Positions 61,647-64,000 of a stretch of DNA of 64,000 nucleotides are shown piece after piece. The stretch's first letter is position 1; every line of letters starts with the position of its first letter. The translations under genes were made by a program, and so were the position numbers. The notes below the pieces were generated by a model. The model was not told where the DNA came from and searched no databases. It saw only the letters and a program-made list of their open reading frames with translations. Source of the stretch: Lepidodermella squamata (taxonomy: Eukaryota; Animalia; Gastrotricha). The stretch is from NCBI GenBank assembly GCA_047495785.1, contig JBLDXI010000054.1, forward strand, positions 4,092,001-4,156,000. Direction: 5' to 3'.

Positions 61647-63750
61647 CGCGCACTTGCTTCGCAGTGCGACGTAATGGGCAGGTCCCAATTATTTTCCCTT
61701 CTGGTATCTGCTGGGATCCTGAACTGGTGATCATTTGAACAGTGGGACTGTTTACATGCTCGCTTTCGCTCGCATATGTAAACAGTCCCAAAGCTTCTCC
61801 ATATCGTTCGTGGCGCGGAAGAACCCGCACTTCGATGATTTTTTGCCCTGACTGTACCCCGCGAGTACAGCATAACGCACAGTATTGCATATAGTATCCA
61901 AGGCTGTACTCCGGCAGTACAGTCAGGGCAAAAAATCATCGAAGTGCGGGTTCTTCCGCGCCACGAACGATATGATGAAGATTTATCAGTCTTATTTTCT
62001 GTCATTTTTACCATCCACTTTCCCCCTCGCATTAGCAGTGTCGCCTATAATCTTCATAGTCGTTTATCGTTTATCGTATGATCGTTTCCATCTTTTATAT
62101 CCCCTTTTTTCCTAACAAAAGTAATAATGATAGTTTTTCAAGAGTTGAAGAAAATCGGCTTAGCCACAGCCGAGTCGAGATACCTCAGAATAACGCAAAA
62201 TTCCTTACCAACCGTCGATATAAACGATGGCCATATCCCATATCGTGCCTTTACTATTTTTTGCTCTTCATTTTGTTTTAAAATAATATGCGACGATATA
62301 CAAACGTTTACATGGGCAGTAAGTCATTTGAAAGGGCATGATAACCGCGCTCGTATAGCTCCGCTATTCCCGCATAGACATAATTTAAGATAGACTGACT
62401 ACCCCTTTCATTCCCTTCATACACCAATGTAAATCCCATGTACATATTGCAATGCTTCTTACCGACTCGTTTGAACGAATCTGCATGAAGAATGAAAATA
62501 ACAAAATTTCCTTAATCTTCGCGTTATATTAGCATTGATTTTTTGATACAAGCCTCCAGTCAACAGATTGCGTATAGCTTGAAGTTAAAGTTGGTCTTGC
62601 AGAGAATTCCCGATAAAATAGTGATTGTGCCATCTGAGCAGTAAAACATTGCTTGACTTTCTAACAGAATCAACCACACTGTTAAATTATACAAAGATAA
62701 TCTGTCACCACAACGTTTTTATTCGCTGCCGATGATAGTAACATTAGGTAAACAATAATTATACCGCAACCATTTACGTCTTACACCTTGCAACTCGCTA
62801 TAGAAAATAATATAGTGTCACCTGTTGCCTTTCTAACTGAAGAATTCGAATGTTAGCCGACAGAAAATCGATCAATAAAATAGAAACATTGTTGAAACAT
62901 TACTTTTTGAGAGTTCTGTATATTTGTCGTATCGTATAACGCAATTTCTCCCAATAGCCGATTGAGATATCCCAATGAGCAATCCGAATTGTTCCCAACG
63001 TCATTTTCAGCTATTTTAAACAGTTTTTTTTTAATTTGGAAACCAAGCAAGATTGCAGAATAGCCCTTCTAGCAGAGCCCATTTTCCCTAATAACTTGTT
63101 CCGTAACTGCGTGTTCTATGAGTTATTAAAAAGCTAGCATATTTTCACTGTAACAGTCTTCTGGCCTTCTAGGTCCATTTAAACTCTTTATTAATCAATT
63201 TGCAGACCAATTGATAGGGCTCTTCGGGCTCTTTAATATGATGTGATACATTATAATTCAATAACCTGAAGGCTGATGAAAACAATAGGCAAAAAGCAAC
63301 TTTCGGATTGCTCATTGAGACATCTCTATCGGCAATTGGGGGATTGCCAATACAATATACAATTATTACGAAACACATGCGAACTTGTCCAATGCATTAC
63401 AATGATGAAACATTTATCAGCCTCAATTCTACCATGAACTTACTAAAATTTGGTCACATTTTGACATATTCTGTTATTCGTAACGTTGAGCCATTTACCA
63501 CCAAATTTTTGAAAGTAATATCCTATCAAAGTCGTTCCCAGAGACTTTGAGTCCCAGACCTTACGACAGACCTTAGGAAGAAGACTGCTTAGGAGGATTC
63601 TTGATTTCGTTTCGAAATGTAAAATCTATGCGCTTGGTCCAGGTTCGGACGAAATGATATGTGCAAATGATCGCCAGTTCAGGATCCCATTTCCAGGAGG
63701 AAAAATAATTGGGACCTGCCCATTACGTCGCACTGCGAAGCAAGTGCGCG
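61647..63750. mobile_element. 2.1-kb non-coding element with about 95-bp terminal inverted repeats, TA-flanked, internally palindromic
   Basis: CGCGCACTTGCTTCGCAGTGCGACGTAATGGGCAGGTCCCAATTATTTT at 61647 is the exact reverse complement of the sequence ending at 63750; similarity continues through GGGATCCTGAACTGG; TA at 61645-61646 and 63751-63752. Confidence 0.85.
61800..61974. repeat. Perfect about 58-bp inverted repeat (long hairpin)
   Basis: CATATCGTTCGTGGCGCGGAAGAACCCGCACTTCGATGATTTTTTGCCCTGACTGTAC and its exact reverse complement, with an inner GAGTACAGC/GCTGTACTC stem. Confidence 0.93.
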
Positions 63751-64000
63751 TAAGACAATAGCACTCTTCCTGGCATCAAGACAGACGCGCGACGGTGCTG
63801 GGGGTGCGGGCCAACAAAACCCCAGAAGATCAAGGTCTAAGGAAACTGCGACTAATAATAGTCATAAATATTAATTTAAAATTTAAAAGAGCATTAATTC
63901 AATCTTTTGTTAACAAAAAATTTATATTTAAAAATCTGTCGAAGATTTCAAATTCAAATCGCGGCCAGGTCTTTTTGTTTCGGCATTCCCGCCATTTTTG

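Noticed and set aside
1-64000. tRNA, rRNA, SL RNA genes, CRISPR arrays, selenoprotein or recoding signals
   Set aside because: None recognised by eye; all gene models close with the standard code, and the DNA is eukaryotic.

Overview
Eukaryotic (animal) genomic DNA from a compact-genome invertebrate, probably a spiralian/protostome (inference from gene content). Most introns are about 50 nt and GT-AG, and CpG is abundant. I resolved 18 protein-coding genes by manual splicing: IARS1, TERF2IP/RAP1, two tandem MGAT4 paralogs, a 136-aa orphan, a C12orf56 homolog, a catalase-fold gene, a CARD-like/LRR gene, YTHDC1, MON2 (with a giant/CES-2-type bZIP and a myosuppressin-receptor-like GPCR nested antisense in its two largest introns), TMEM43, UBXN6, SLC35C1, GLRX3, TMEM129, IDH3B and TMEM41B. 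There are also two TA-flanked TIR elements, a small intronic MITE and a 5'-truncated LINE. Main leads: (1) co-oriented housekeeping genes mostly 130-190 nt apart, each with an apparently unpaired splice acceptor before the ATG and AATAAA only after the last gene, suggesting operons resolved by spliced-leader trans-splicing; (2) two intact pseudo-enzymes, a catalase lacking both distal catalytic residues and an MGAT4 lacking its EDD motif; (3) a NACHT-less CARD-like/LRR protein; (4) a candidate poison exon in YTHDC1; (5) a 2.1-kb element built of nested hairpins. All homology calls are from recalled motifs, not database searches.
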